Source: a virus. From it: 64,000 bases of DNA. A program made the position numbers and the translations under genes. The notes under the pieces were generated by a model. That model made no database searches and was not told the origin of the DNA. It was given only the letters and a program-made list of their open reading frames with translations. This document shows, piece by piece, positions 1 to 10,261 of the stretch (position 1 is the first letter of the stretch; the number at the start of each line of letters is the position of its first letter). The stretch spans positions 26,180 to 90,179 of the IMG/VR virus record IMGVR_UViG_3300006045_000004; one strand, given 5' to 3'.

Positions 1-297
1 TGCAGTTAAAGTAAATAAATCAGTATTATTTGTATCTTGAACTGTATATTCTGCTTTTGCTACACTTCCACTTCCAACTCTAACTAATCTTAGCCCTTGT
101 CCTCCAACTTTAAAGTATGCTGTTGCATCAAAGTTAAAGATGTCTTTTGCTTGTTCTGGACTTGTTACTAAAACTGGTGTCATTAACGGTCCTTTATTTG
201 TCTCTACACATGTAGCCCAAATTCTATCAGGAAGCACTTCTCCAACTTGTGGGGTATTGAATATACCTATTTTTACTCCTGGTTGTCTTACTACCAT
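1..297 (-). CDS. Tail sheath protein, N-terminal part (runs off the left edge; not in the ORF track)
   Basis: Manual translation from ATG at 297: MVVRQPGVKIGIFNTPQ...KGPLMTPVLVTSPEQAKDIFNFDATAYFKVGGQGLRLVRVG. This fits the sheath N-terminal pattern PGV...GP..TP..V.S...YF..GG..L..VRV, and it lies downstream of the head-tail joining genes. Confidence 0.75.
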   Translation of the reverse strand, partial: MVVRQPGVKIGIFNTPQVGEVLPDRIWATCVETNKGPLMTPVLVTSPEQAKDIFNFDATAYFKVGGQGLRLVRVGSGSVAKAEYTVQDTNNTDLFTLTA

Positions 298-301
298 TGT
301 A

Positions 302-532
302 TCATCTTCTTCCTATAATTTTATTATATAATTCGTTTAGCTTTTTTGTTGTTATTTTAAATCCTGGTTTAAGATTCTCTCTATACATGATGGTATCCAA
401 ATCTGCAAAATGAATGCCCATTGCTTTAGCTAATTCCATACCATCAAACTCTTTCTCTATTTTTTTAGGAGGTGGTGATGGTTTCTTATCTTCAACCTTT
501 TTTGTCTTTTTGACCTTTTCTTTTTTTTCCAT
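302..532 (-). CDS. Small Lys/Pro-rich hypothetical protein in the virion operon
   Basis: 76-aa ORF packed between the neck genes and the sheath. Confidence 0.5.
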   Translation of the reverse strand: MEKKEKVKKTKKVEDKKPSPPPKKIEKEFDGMELAKAMGIHFADLDTIMYRENLKPGFKITTKKLNELYNKIIGRR

Positions 533-539
533 TGTATAA

Positions 540-1304
540 TCATTCCTTAATATTTATTTCTTTAATGATTGGTCCAAGCTTATATTTTCTATGCAATTCA
601 TAAGTTAGTGGAACTTCAAACATAACTCTTTTAACTTCATTTTTTTCAGATTCAGATAAATATCTATATCCATAAGGTTTAGAGTTATATAAATATTTAC
701 TATTAGCAGAAAATCCATCAGGAAATACCATACCATTAAGTATATATTTAATCTTAAGTGTTTGGATATTTTGTTGAGTTTTAATATATAATCCTTTTTT
801 ACCTAAAAACCATGAATTTTCAAATAAATCTTTAAATCTATATACTCTATCTAATGGACATGATTCTACTAATATTTGGCTTATTTTTGAGTTTTCTTTT
901 TTATAGTTTTTGTTGAAATAATAGTCGTTAATGTATTCAGTATCCTCGTCATCATATCCGTATATAATTATTTCTGGGTTTAAGAAATCTATTATTCTGT
1001 TATATAGCTTTTGATAAATTTCATTTACTTGTGATGTGTCTTTTGAGAATATATCTATTTGAAATGTTCCTTGATAAATTTTTCTTTCAAGTTTTATATA
1101 TGGTTTTATTTTTTGTTCAAGCTTTTCTATTTCTGTATCTAATAAAAATGGTGTTATTCTGATTTCTGGGTATTCTACTGGTTCATCTTTGTCTATATAG
1201 TTTGGAACTTCGATATTTTTATCGATTTTCAGATAATATCCGTTTTGTTTTTCTGTTCCGCAGATTTCTCTGAAGAGTTTTATTACTTCGTTTTTAGTTT
1301 CCAT
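540..1304 (-). CDS. Putative tail terminator/completion protein
   Basis: Position after the gp10-like gene and before the sheath; the YQGTFQIDIFS segment resembles tail terminators. Confidence 0.45.
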   Translation of the reverse strand: METKNEVIKLFREICGTEKQNGYYLKIDKNIEVPNYIDKDEPVEYPEIRITPFLLDTEIEKLEQKIKPYIKLERKIYQGTFQIDIFSKDTSQVNEIYQKLYNRIIDFLNPEIIIYGYDDEDTEYINDYYFNKNYKKENSKISQILVESCPLDRVYRFKDLFENSWFLGKKGLYIKTQQNIQTLKIKYILNGMVFPDGFSANSKYLYNSKPYGYRYLSESEKNEVKRVMFEVPLTYELHRKYKLGPIIKEINIKE

Positions 1305-1318
1305 ATTATCTTTAAAAA

Positions 1319-2017
1319 TTACATAAAGTCTGATACACTTTTTCCGTAGTGTCTTATGCTAAATCCACCCATTGCTTTGGTATTTACACTTTCCATACCT
1401 TTTAAATTAAGGTTTCTTACTTTCAATGTTTGTCTTTGTGCCATTTTGAAAGTTGTTGCTTGCCATCCACCAAATCTACTACCTGTTTGCCATCTACCAA
1501 ATTGACCTATATTACCAAGATTACCGCTTCCTATACCGAAACTCATAAATCCACTTTCTATTCCTCCAGCACCATGATTTTTAGCCATATAATCTTGCAT
1601 TATTTCGTTTCCAAATTCTCCTCTTATATGGTTAATAGATAACATTATTGCTGGTCTTAAAAATGGTTTTGCACCAAAAAATGTTCCATTACGAAGTACA
1701 TGTCCATATTCTATTGCTCCTCCATAAGCATATCCACTTCTTGGGTTTCTTGCATCTGCTAAAAGTTGTAAACTTCCATTATGTATTTCTGCATGTGTAC
1801 TGTTATAAAGAGCTCCTGTATCATAAGATTCATTTTCTACTAAAAATCCTTTAGCTCGTTGAACTATTTCTTGTCCTACTCTTGTCCAAACCTTTTGAGC
1901 TATATGTCCTTTCTCAGCAGAATTAGCTGAATGTAAAAATATTGCTAAACTTTTTTCTGGTTTAACTGGAAAATATTCAGCAATTACTTCCCCATATTCG
2001 TTATAATCGCATTCCAT
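1319..2017 (-). CDS. HK97 gp10-like tail-completion (neck) protein
   Basis: DTGALYNS, AIEYGH and AKPFLRPA motifs; synteny. Confidence 0.6.
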   Translation of the reverse strand: MECDYNEYGEVIAEYFPVKPEKSLAIFLHSANSAEKGHIAQKVWTRVGQEIVQRAKGFLVENESYDTGALYNSTHAEIHNGSLQLLADARNPRSGYAYGGAIEYGHVLRNGTFFGAKPFLRPAIMLSINHIRGEFGNEIMQDYMAKNHGAGGIESGFMSFGIGSGNLGNIGQFGRWQTGSRFGGWQATTFKMAQRQTLKVRNLNLKGMESVNTKAMGGFSIRHYGKSVSDFM

Positions 2018-2397
2018 TTTCTATCCTCTTCTAATTCCATTTCTATATGGTTTCTATTTAGTCTTATGAATAGGTTTGGGTCAAATGATTTTATCTTTAG
2101 TACAATGGTTTCGTAATCGCTTTTGAATTTTATCCTGTAATCTTCAAATTTGTTTTTTGGTATTAAAAGGTTGTCTGTTGGTAAGAACATTCCGAAGTAT
2201 GCTATTTGACTTTCTGAACCACTAAAATCAATTTCTTGATTTTGTTTTCTTTGAATTACTCCTCTTATTGATTCTATCTCTTTCCATTTGATTTTTTGGT
2301 CTCCTATTTTATTTTTTTCATAGGATTTTTTTCTTTTTAAAAGAGTTATTTCAATTTCAGGATTTTCAAGTAATGGTAAAGTATTAATAAAAGCCAC
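1984..2397 (-). CDS. Putative head closure/stopper protein
   Basis: Size and position after the adaptor; beta-rich sequence ending HIEMELEE. Confidence 0.5.
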   Translation of the reverse strand: MAFINTLPLLENPEIEITLLKRKKSYEKNKIGDQKIKWKEIESIRGVIQRKQNQEIDFSGSESQIAYFGMFLPTDNLLIPKNKFEDYRIKFKSDYETIVLKIKSFDPNLFIRLNRNHIEMELEEDRKWNAIITNMGK

Positions 2398-2788
2398 GCT
2401 TTTCCCTCGCTCCTTGTCGTGTTAATGCTTTAAATCCATATGCTTTTTGGATATATGCTATTATATCATCCAATGAATCAGCATACATTTCACACCATGT
2501 TGGGTCTCTGTTTACATCAGCTCTTGAGCGTGTTTCTTCTTCGTAATATCCAACTTTTACTCTATTTGGTTGTATTATTGAACCTTTATTTGTCATTGAT
2601 AAATTACAAGCTATTCCTTCCATAACTGCATTTTGAAATAAAGGAGTATCTATATCATCTACTCCTGCACCAGTTTTAGCTTGTATTAATTCTGTATAAT
2701 GGTCGATGAGAAAACTGATTTGTTCATCATCAATTACTCTTGGGTCTAACTCTAAAAGTTTTCTGATGTAATCAGTTGTATATATCAT
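2384..2788 (-). CDS. Putative head-tail adaptor protein
   Basis: 134 aa, helical N-terminus, KVGYYEE segment, position after the capsid genes. Confidence 0.55.
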   Translation of the reverse strand: MIYTTDYIRKLLELDPRVIDDEQISFLIDHYTELIQAKTGAGVDDIDTPLFQNAVMEGIACNLSMTNKGSIIQPNRVKVGYYEEETRSRADVNRDPTWCEMYADSLDDIIAYIQKAYGFKALTRQGAREKRGFY

Positions 2789-2790
2789 TT

Positions 2791-3309
2791 TTACTCATCT
2801 ACTTCTACTAATATGTTTTCATATAATTTTGCTATTTTTGATGCTGGAGCTAATCTTTTATCTACACCGTGTTGTTTTGGTATAGCTTTTTCTCCGAGTC
2901 TGAACCTTTCATCTCTTTCTTCTCTTGTTTCAATTATGCCTTCTTTTTTAAGGTCATCATATTGTTCTTTTGTTAGTTTTAAAGGTATATCTCCTTTGTA
3001 TACTGTTAGATATGCTGGTAGACTTTTGTATTTTGGTTCTTTTGTTTTTTGTAATACTCCATCTATTTCAATGTTTTTTGTTACAGTTAGGTCAAAGATT
3101 TTTGTTTGTGTTGCTGAGTTAACTGGTTCGAAGATTGCTTTTTTATAGTAATTTTTTTCTTTTTTTGGCTCTTCTTTTTCTTTTGGAGCTTTTTTTGTTT
3201 CGTTTTCTTTAACTATTTTTGCATCTTCTTTAATTTTAGCTTCTTCGGCTACTTTTGCCTCTGCTTCTTTTTCAGTTTTTGTTTTTCCTTTTGGTTTTCC
3301 TGCCATCAT
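2791..3309 (-). CDS. Hypothetical virion-operon protein with Lys/Glu-rich N-terminus
   Basis: ORF with a GGTGA RBS directly after the capsid gene. Confidence 0.5.
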   Translation of the reverse strand: MMAGKPKGKTKTEKEAEAKVAEEAKIKEDAKIVKENETKKAPKEKEEPKKEKNYYKKAIFEPVNSATQTKIFDLTVTKNIEIDGVLQKTKEPKYKSLPAYLTVYKGDIPLKLTKEQYDDLKKEGIIETREERDERFRLGEKAIPKQHGVDKRLAPASKIAKLYENILVEVDE

Positions 3310-3359
3310 ATCACCGTCTTTTCTGATTTAAAATAATAAAATATGATTAGTTAATAAGA

Positions 3360-4208
3360 TTAAGGTCCTATTACTAATCTTCCAATTGCATCAATTCTTA
3401 CAACAACTGGTTTTTCGTATATTGTTATGTCGAGTACATCTTCTCTTGTTTCATCAAGGAAGTATTTGTATACATTTGCTTGACCCATTTGGACTAACCA
3501 TAATGGTTCTAAAGTTTGGTCGATTAAGTAAACTGAATCTCCTACTTCTGGTATGATGTAGATAGTCATGTCTGCTACTTTTCTTCCTACTTGTCCACTT
3601 TCTAAGACTCCACCAATTCCACTTTGTGAGTAGTCACGGAACATTGGGTCTTTTACTAAGTCGTTGTATCTGAATGGACTCATTAATATAATACCTGGTT
3701 CTACCATGTATTCTTGGTCTTCCATTTCAGCTTTGAAATCTACGATGTCTTCCCATAATAGTAATCCACCTGATATATTTTTCTCGATACCTGCTCCAGC
3801 CATTAAAACTTCTGCAATATCTTTGTTTTCTTTCTTCAAGATTCTTCTCATTGCAGCTGTTGCTTCTTTTTGGAAGTAATCAGGTTCCCATGCCATTAAT
3901 AACTGTTCTTCTTCAGTCATTCTGATACCAGTACCATTTTGTATAACATTAACTGTGATTTTGTCGTATACATCTCTGAATTTTGGTATTTCTGCACCTT
4001 CAACAACTTCTACTGCTATACCAGCTTCGTATTTTACTGGTATTGTGTATGAAAATGTGTTTTGAATAGTTACAGTTTTAGCGAATTTTCTGAAATCTGA
4101 TTCTCTTTCTAAGTATTGGATAAGAGTTGTTGCTAATTGTGGGTCCCATCTGTCATCAGATGTAGTTACTCCACCAGCTGCGAATTGTCCTATGTTTGTA
4201 TTTGCCAT
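3360..4208 (-). CDS. Major capsid protein (HK97 fold)
   Basis: About 282 aa; AVEVVEGAEIP and GTGIRMTEE segments, C-terminal KPVVVRIDAIGRL; follows the protease and decoration genes; start placed at ATG 4208 behind an AAGGA RBS. Confidence 0.85.
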   Translation of the reverse strand: MANTNIGQFAAGGVTTSDDRWDPQLATTLIQYLERESDFRKFAKTVTIQNTFSYTIPVKYEAGIAVEVVEGAEIPKFRDVYDKITVNVIQNGTGIRMTEEEQLLMAWEPDYFQKEATAAMRRILKKENKDIAEVLMAGAGIEKNISGGLLLWEDIVDFKAEMEDQEYMVEPGIILMSPFRYNDLVKDPMFRDYSQSGIGGVLESGQVGRKVADMTIYIIPEVGDSVYLIDQTLEPLWLVQMGQANVYKYFLDETREDVLDITIYEKPVVVRIDAIGRLVIGP

Positions 4209-4238
4209 AAATATCAATTTCCTTCTTTTTTATTTTGT

Positions 4239-4703
4239 TTATTGTGCAGCACTTATGTACGCCATTATAGGTTGTCCATCTTCCCCTTCTTCGTATGCTC
4301 TTCCTACTACATCGTCACCTGATGCTGCTGCTTGGAAAGTTCCGTTGTCGCCTAATTTTAATTCGCCATTTGCGTCTACATCGCTTGATAATAATACTAC
4401 TGTTTCGCAATTTCTTTCTACTGATGCTGATACATTTGTTGGGCAGTTTACATCTCCGATGTTATAAGGCATTGAACAGTCTCTTACTTGTTCTCCGCTT
4501 ACTGCTTTAATTACGCCTGCAAATTTTGCTTCGTCGCCTTCGTTAGCTTCTTTCATACCAGGATTATTTCTGATAGTTGTGTCTCCGAAGATAACAGCTT
4601 TTCCGACTGTTTGTCTTTTAGCTTTTGCACCGATAGCTTGTTTTGCTTTTAATATATCTTCTTCAGCAGTCATTGTGATTGCATCTGCTTTTCTATTTGC
4701 CAT
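4239..4703 (-). CDS. Capsid decoration/cement protein
   Basis: Small Gly/Ala/Asp-rich ORF between protease and capsid (LKLGDNGTFQAAASGDDVVGRA). Confidence 0.55.
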   Translation of the reverse strand: MANRKADAITMTAEEDILKAKQAIGAKAKRQTVGKAVIFGDTTIRNNPGMKEANEGDEAKFAGVIKAVSGEQVRDCSMPYNIGDVNCPTNVSASVERNCETVVLLSSDVDANGELKLGDNGTFQAAASGDDVVGRAYEEGEDGQPIMAYISAAQ

Positions 4704-4728
4704 TTTATCGTTACTCCGTTAAGGTTAT

Positions 4729-6018
4729 TTATTTTTTGAATTTGCTTCCGATAAATTCTTCTAAACTTAAAGCTTCTTCACCATCTTCTGGAGGTTGTGC
4801 TTGTTGTTTGAATGGGTTGTGTACTTGTTTATTGGTAAATCTTTTTACTACACCTTGATTTTCTTTAATTTTTTGTAGCATAGTAATTTGTTTGTCAATA
4901 AATGTTTCATCCATTTCATCTAATCCATCAAATTCTTCTTCTTTGGTTAGCTCTTTATGTAATGCTAATAATTCTGCTTTTTTATCAGATAATCTTGCTT
5001 GGTCGATTTCTGCAAGTTTGTCTTCGTAATTAGATATAGTTTCTTTATATCCATCTATTTCTTCTTGTAATGCTTCAAGAGCATTTTGTGCTTCTATAGC
5101 TTTACCTTTTTCTTCAACGATTTGGTCTTGTAAGCTTTCAACTGCCTCATTCTTTTCTGTTTCAAAATCTGTTTTTAATTGTGAGACTTTGTTATCATGA
5201 GCTTCAGTTAATTCTGTGATTTTATCGTTAGCTGTTGTTAATTTTTCTTGTAATTCAAGAATTTTTTTATTTTCTTCTGCCATTTTATCACTTTTTATAT
5301 TTTCTTTTTCAAATGCCTCTTTTAGCATCTTATTAATTTCTTCCTTCAAATCAATTTTATCTTCTAATATATCTCCTACAAAAATTTGTTCTTTTGTTAG
5401 GGTATTTTGATTTAATGGAACATCTCCTTTATGAGCTTTAAATTTATAACTAAATTGGTTTTCTAAATCTTCCATAAATTTGTTCTTTGAAAATGCCATT
5501 GCTTCTACTGTTGCATCTTTGTCTGCTGGTATTCCTACTACTGATAGTTCTAATACATTTACATTTCTTGCTATTATGTAGAATCCTTCATCCCATATGA
5601 AATGATGACATTCTTTTAAAGGTTTTCCACAAATTCCGCATTCTGGTTCAAATTCAAATCCTATACTGGTTGAATCTAATAATCCGTTTTCGACTTTGTA
5701 GATAATTTTTTCTTCGTTTTTATCGATATATCCATTGTATGTTACTGCCATTTTGCTATTGTATGGGTCTAATTCAGCATTGGTACTTAGTATTTTTCCT
5801 AATACATCATCGGTATCGTATTCATGGTTTTTGAATATTTTTCTACCGTTTAATGTATTTGCTGCATTTTGTATTTCACTTTCTGGTATTTCAATTATGC
5901 CGTGAAACCTTCCTGTGTGTATAGCATATCCTTTAACACTTAAATGCTGTTTATTTGCATTTCCTTCATCGTTAAATGAAAACAGTTGCACATCATGAAA
6001 CTTAACTTTATCAGCCAT
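4729..6018 (-). CDS. Prohead protease fused to coiled-coil scaffold
   Basis: N-terminal protease pattern (GYAIH, IFKNHE, STSIGF, LELSVVGIPADKDA) and an acidic coiled-coil C-terminal half. Confidence 0.8.
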   Translation of the reverse strand: MADKVKFHDVQLFSFNDEGNANKQHLSVKGYAIHTGRFHGIIEIPESEIQNAANTLNGRKIFKNHEYDTDDVLGKILSTNAELDPYNSKMAVTYNGYIDKNEEKIIYKVENGLLDSTSIGFEFEPECGICGKPLKECHHFIWDEGFYIIARNVNVLELSVVGIPADKDATVEAMAFSKNKFMEDLENQFSYKFKAHKGDVPLNQNTLTKEQIFVGDILEDKIDLKEEINKMLKEAFEKENIKSDKMAEENKKILELQEKLTTANDKITELTEAHDNKVSQLKTDFETEKNEAVESLQDQIVEEKGKAIEAQNALEALQEEIDGYKETISNYEDKLAEIDQARLSDKKAELLALHKELTKEEEFDGLDEMDETFIDKQITMLQKIKENQGVVKRFTNKQVHNPFKQQAQPPEDGEEALSLEEFIGSKFKK

Positions 6019-6131
6019 ATATCTGACTCCTAAAAAATAGTTTATATTATTTTAATATTAATTAATATTACTATTATTATTTATGTTCGGTGTTTGTATA
6101 TAAAGATAGGAGCGTGGTTTACAAAAATGGT
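6019..6131 (-). promoter_or_regulatory. Putative promoter for the head operon
   Basis: TTTATATA on the minus strand near 6096-6103 in an intergenic gap, and a GGAG RBS before the protease. Confidence 0.4.
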
Positions 6132-6353
6132 TTAATCTTTATATTTAAAAATTAAAACTTTGTTCTTATCCTTTTTTCCTGACGAAAAAGGTCTCAGATA
6201 TGATGATACTTTTTTTGGACTAATTCTAACCCTACTTATTGTATATTCATCATTTATTTCTGAATAAACTTCCTTAGCTGTAGCTACACCTTTATTTTTT
6301 AATATTTCTTCTGATATTTGTTTTAATTGTTTATAATTATTTATCTTTTTCAC
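6132..6353 (-). CDS. Small basic protein, possible winged helix-turn-helix
   Basis: 73 aa, basic; segment ILKNKGVATAKEVYSEI...ISPKKVSSYLR. Confidence 0.45.
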   Translation of the reverse strand: MKKINNYKQLKQISEEILKNKGVATAKEVYSEINDEYTISRVRISPKKVSSYLRPFSSGKKDKNKVLIFKYKD

Positions 6354-6359
6354 TAATTA

Positions 6360-6512
6360 TCACACTTCGCTCAATATAATCTGCACAGTATCTCTCGGAA
6401 TTCCTGCAATGATAGAACTACCACACGCTGGACATGTGGTTAATTCATCTTCATCTAAGAATCGTCTATTACACTCAGTACAGTAAAATATTTTCACCTT
6501 ATTAATTTCCAT
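6360..6512 (-). CDS. Zinc-ribbon protein
   Basis: CTEC...CPAC motif; likely ATG at 6512 overlapping the portal stop. Confidence 0.6.
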   Translation of the reverse strand: MEINKVKIFYCTECNRRFLDEDELTTCPACGSSIIAGIPRDTVQIILSEV

Positions 6513-7815
6513 TATTATCACCTGAATTTTGACTTGGCTCATTATTAGGGTCGCCACCCCTTCCATCTTTATTTTGAGGAGCTTGGACTTGTAATTGTGT
6601 TATTTCAATTTCATCTATAGGAACTGGAACACCACGAAGACCAATATCACTTCTTGCTTCCTCTCTATCCATTAAACCAGCTTGAACAGCAGGAATAATA
6701 GCTTTAATACTCTCACTTGGAGTTTCAATTGTAATTCTTGGGAAGTTAATATAAATATTCTGATAATCAAGACCAGATTCTTTACCTAATGATGTTAAAA
6801 ATGGTTTATATAAATTTCTAACAAGCCCATCAGAAACAATACTCTGATAATCACCAATTTGTTGTAAATAAGTTTTCAATTGCACAGTAGAACTTGATAA
6901 ATTATCTGCTTTCCCACCTAAAATCTGGAAAGGAACAGTCATAATACCTAATGTTTCTTTAAGCTCATGTAAAATTGGAACAAGGTCAAATTGTGACTGT
7001 GCAGCACCTATAACTTCAGTAGATATATCTCCTGCTAAAATTATATCATCACCTTGTTGATATTGGTTCATTATACTATTCGCTAATTGAGTAAGTTTTT
7101 GGTCATTTACACTCTCATCTTTTACAATCCAAGATAAAATTGGTATAACGAATTTATCTACAATTTCTGATAAATTTAATTCTGTGTTTAAAAATAAGTG
7201 GAGAATGTGTATAATTGGTCCTAACATACTTCGACCAAATATTTCTCCTGTTAAAGGGTCTAATGCAAAAAACATTATTTGTTCTGGTGGTATTTCTATT
7301 TCATTATCACCGTCATTATATACCCATGCATCTATAGTTCCTTCTGATGTATTTATTTTTGGTTCTACATTCTGGATATCGAGGTTAAATGGTTCTTGTA
7401 ATACTCCGTCTTGAAAATCACCAATATATGTGCATGTACTTCCGTATTTTAACATATCTCTAAAAATATATCTTAAATTTTGTCTGGTAAGGTTTGCATG
7501 CATTACTCTACATTCTTGTTCTAAATCTGTTAATCTATTTCCATCTACATCTACTATTTGTATTGTATACATATCTGGTATAGCATCACTTGCTATTTTG
7601 TTTAACAATCTATTAAATATTGTACTATCATATAGTCCATCTATAATATCTATTGATATTGATTGTTGTCCTGCTATGTTTCTATAATTAACGAATTGTT
7701 GTGAGTATGATTCTTTTGTATATTGTCTAACATTTTGAGCAAATTTTACACTCATTTTTGGTTCTTCATTTGCTTCTTTGTTTTTTATTATCATTTGGTT
7801 TTCTATTTTTTCCAT
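6502..7815 (-). CDS. Portal protein
   Basis: 437 aa directly after TerL; FGRSMLGPI and MLKYGS segments; C-terminal REEARSDIGL. Confidence 0.8.
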   Translation of the reverse strand: MEKIENQMIIKNKEANEEPKMSVKFAQNVRQYTKESYSQQFVNYRNIAGQQSISIDIIDGLYDSTIFNRLLNKIASDAIPDMYTIQIVDVDGNRLTDLEQECRVMHANLTRQNLRYIFRDMLKYGSTCTYIGDFQDGVLQEPFNLDIQNVEPKINTSEGTIDAWVYNDGDNEIEIPPEQIMFFALDPLTGEIFGRSMLGPIIHILHLFLNTELNLSEIVDKFVIPILSWIVKDESVNDQKLTQLANSIMNQYQQGDDIILAGDISTEVIGAAQSQFDLVPILHELKETLGIMTVPFQILGGKADNLSSSTVQLKTYLQQIGDYQSIVSDGLVRNLYKPFLTSLGKESGLDYQNIYINFPRITIETPSESIKAIIPAVQAGLMDREEARSDIGLRGVPVPIDEIEITQLQVQAPQNKDGRGGDPNNEPSQNSGDNNGN

Positions 7816-7821
7816 ATAAAT

Positions 7822-9342
7822 TTACACCCTGATTCTTCTATTTTTATATAAATTTTGGTTATTGTTTCTTTGTAATTTTGGTGGTTGGTTTATGTTTACT
7901 TTGTTTCCTAATAAGTTTGAGCCGATTTGTATTACTTGTGGGTCTACTGGTATTTCTGCTGTTGTTCCTGCTCTTACACATAACACATAAGCATCTACAT
8001 AATCGTCACTTTCTCCTTTTACATATTTTATTAAGTTATTTTTTCCTATTTCCCTCATGTATTGACTCATTTCCATTTGGAATCTTTTATGATATGGATA
8101 TGATATTTTATTTGCTTCCATCATTGCTACTGTATTTTCTACTAAATCTATTTTTGAGCGTTGTGAAAACATTATTGGTTCTACTTCGTATGTTGTAAAT
8201 CCATCAAAGTGTTCTAATACACCTTGTCCTACTCCTGTTATATCTGCTGATAATTTTATTAGTTTTGGGTAATGTTTTGGGATAGTGTTTTTCATGAAAT
8301 CTGTTACTTCTGTGTATTTTGTTCCAAGTTCCCATTCGTGCATGTATTTTATTTCTAAGTTTTTGTATTTGTCAAATTCTGCTATGAATAGTACACTATT
8401 GTTATTTATTTTTCCAAAATCTAATCCTGCTACACATGGTTTTAAACTTCCAAATTCTAATGGGTCGTTTGATTCACATTCTTCTATGAGTTTTGTTGGA
8501 AATACTTTTCCTAATGTATCAAGGAATTGTAATGCGTATTCTTGCTTGAATTCCATTAGTGATAATGCTATTTTTTCTTCTTCCATTTCATCTATTGTTA
8601 TACGAGGTGTTCCTGTACTTATTATGTTATCTTCTTCGTCCAAGAATACTGTTGGTTTTCTGTGTAATGAGTATATTCCTTCTGGGTTTTGTGTTACTTG
8701 ATTATCTTCATATATTCTGTATGCATTATTTATACTGTTATAAAAGAATCCTTGCCTTGCTCTTGGTGTTCCTGAAAATACGATTTTTGGGTCACCCAAT
8801 ATCTGTCCACGAAGTATAGGTCTTATTTTACTGTATAGGATTTCTGATAAGTCTTGTGCTTCGTCCATGAATACATAGTTTGCTCCTCCACCAATAAGTC
8901 CTGATGTTGTGTCTTTTCCTGCTGTACTTAGTTGTATTTTGCTTCTGTTTACAAGGTGTTTCTTTTTTTGGATATCTTTGGTGAATAGACTTATTATACC
9001 GTCTGAGCGATGTATGATATCACTCATTTGTTCTGATAGTCTTTCTGCTTGATTTGCGAATGGTGTTATAGCAAATATGCTGTAATTGGGTGTGAAAATC
9101 GTTTTGTGCATCATATCGATGATTACGATTTCTGATTTTCCCATACGACGACCCCAGAATAATACTCTGTTACTTGCTTCGTCTCTTAGAAATGCTTTTT
9201 GATGTGGTTCGAGTTGGTATAGCTCTCCTGCATCGTTTCTAAAAAATGATTCAGCGAATAAAACTGGGTCACGGTAGCATCGTCCTAAAAAGTCTAATGA
9301 CTCTTGGTCTTCTGCGTAAAATATATCTTCGAAATCTTGCAT
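7822..9342 (-). CDS. terL: Terminase large subunit
   Basis: Walker A WGRRMGKS, Walker B YVFMDEA, SGTP motif, RNase H-like GLDFG and DDYVDA. Confidence 0.92.
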   Translation of the reverse strand: MQDFEDIFYAEDQESLDFLGRCYRDPVLFAESFFRNDAGELYQLEPHQKAFLRDEASNRVLFWGRRMGKSEIVIIDMMHKTIFTPNYSIFAITPFANQAERLSEQMSDIIHRSDGIISLFTKDIQKKKHLVNRSKIQLSTAGKDTTSGLIGGGANYVFMDEAQDLSEILYSKIRPILRGQILGDPKIVFSGTPRARQGFFYNSINNAYRIYEDNQVTQNPEGIYSLHRKPTVFLDEEDNIISTGTPRITIDEMEEEKIALSLMEFKQEYALQFLDTLGKVFPTKLIEECESNDPLEFGSLKPCVAGLDFGKINNNSVLFIAEFDKYKNLEIKYMHEWELGTKYTEVTDFMKNTIPKHYPKLIKLSADITGVGQGVLEHFDGFTTYEVEPIMFSQRSKIDLVENTVAMMEANKISYPYHKRFQMEMSQYMREIGKNNLIKYVKGESDDYVDAYVLCVRAGTTAEIPVDPQVIQIGSNLLGNKVNINQPPKLQRNNNQNLYKNRRIRV

Positions 9343-9462
9343 AATTTTGTTCTCATATTTAAATGTTTAGTAAAACTTATATATTATAATATGTTATTCA
9401 TAGTATTTAAAAGAATCTGAAAATTTACAAATTTTTGAAAATAATGGAAACATTTATATAAG
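9343..9462. promoter_or_regulatory. Divergent promoter region between the virion module and the plus-strand arm
   Basis: Strand switch; GAAACATTTATATA at about 9447-9460 on plus; TATA-like tracts on minus. Confidence 0.55.
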
Positions 9463-10145
9463 ATGAAGTATAATGTTATAATTGTGATTTTAATGACAGT
9501 TTATGATTTAAGCAAAGAAGATATATTGAGTCAAGAGCCAGTTGTATTTATTGATTTGAATGATATTGCTGGTGTAAATGGTGTAGATTTTAAAGTTATG
9601 ATTAGAAAACAAAGTATTTTTAATCCTAATGAAAAAATAGACCAAGAAGTTGAACATAGTGAATTTCAGAACGATAATGCTATTGAATTAATCAATGAGA
9701 TTATATTTAATTGTAAAATCTATAATTATGCCTATATTATTTATAATGGACAACAAATAGATGAAGGTGACCTTGTTCTTAATTTCTTTGCTAAGAATGA
9801 TTTAACATTGGGATAGTTATGACCAGATTAAAGTATGATATTAAAGTTCATAGTCCGAAATTACAAATAGCTGATGTTAAAGAAGTTGATTTTTGTTGTG
9901 ACCATTTTAAGAAATGGTTCAATGAATATATAGAGTTTAGTTGGGTTAATGAGTTGCAAGAGTTTTGTTTTTATATTGAAAGTTATAAATATTTTTACAC
10001 TAATGATGAAGATGTTTTTCAACTTAAAATATTCAAATGCCCATTTTGTGGAGAAACATTAGTTAGTCTTCCACAAAAAAGACTGGAAAAAAAGAAAATC
10101 GAAAAAAATGTTAAAATGGTCAGTTATGACTGGGAAGAGATTTAA
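9463..10145 (+). CDS. Two hypothetical proteins (9463-9816 and 9819-10145; the second has CC and CPFC motifs)
   Basis: ORF track; tight packing. Confidence 0.55.
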
Positions 10146-10172
10146 TTTTATGTAGAGGAAAGAAGAGGAGAT

Positions 10173-10261
10173 GGTATTATGATACCAATAGCATATTCGT
10201 ATGAGATTATGATTCTGAACTCAATTTGAAGAGGAGTTTCGGTAAGCGATATGCGATTGGT
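10173..10261 (+). ncRNA. Candidate structured RNA or attenuator
   Basis: About 15-bp stem 10184-10200/10246-10261 enclosing hairpin 10215-10222/10234-10242; competing hairpin 10173-10186. Confidence 0.3.

Noticed and set aside
140-331. Plus-strand 63-aa ORF
   Set aside because: Antisense shadow of the minus-strand tail sheath start
1430-8819. Many plus-strand ORFs inside the virion module
   Set aside because: They overlap well-supported minus-strand genes, lack RBSs and have biased composition
10165-10200. GGAGATGG start resembling a fluoride riboswitch; CTGA resembling hammerhead or C/D motifs
   Set aside because: The complementary CTCC, the CUGAUGA core and properly spaced boxes are missing
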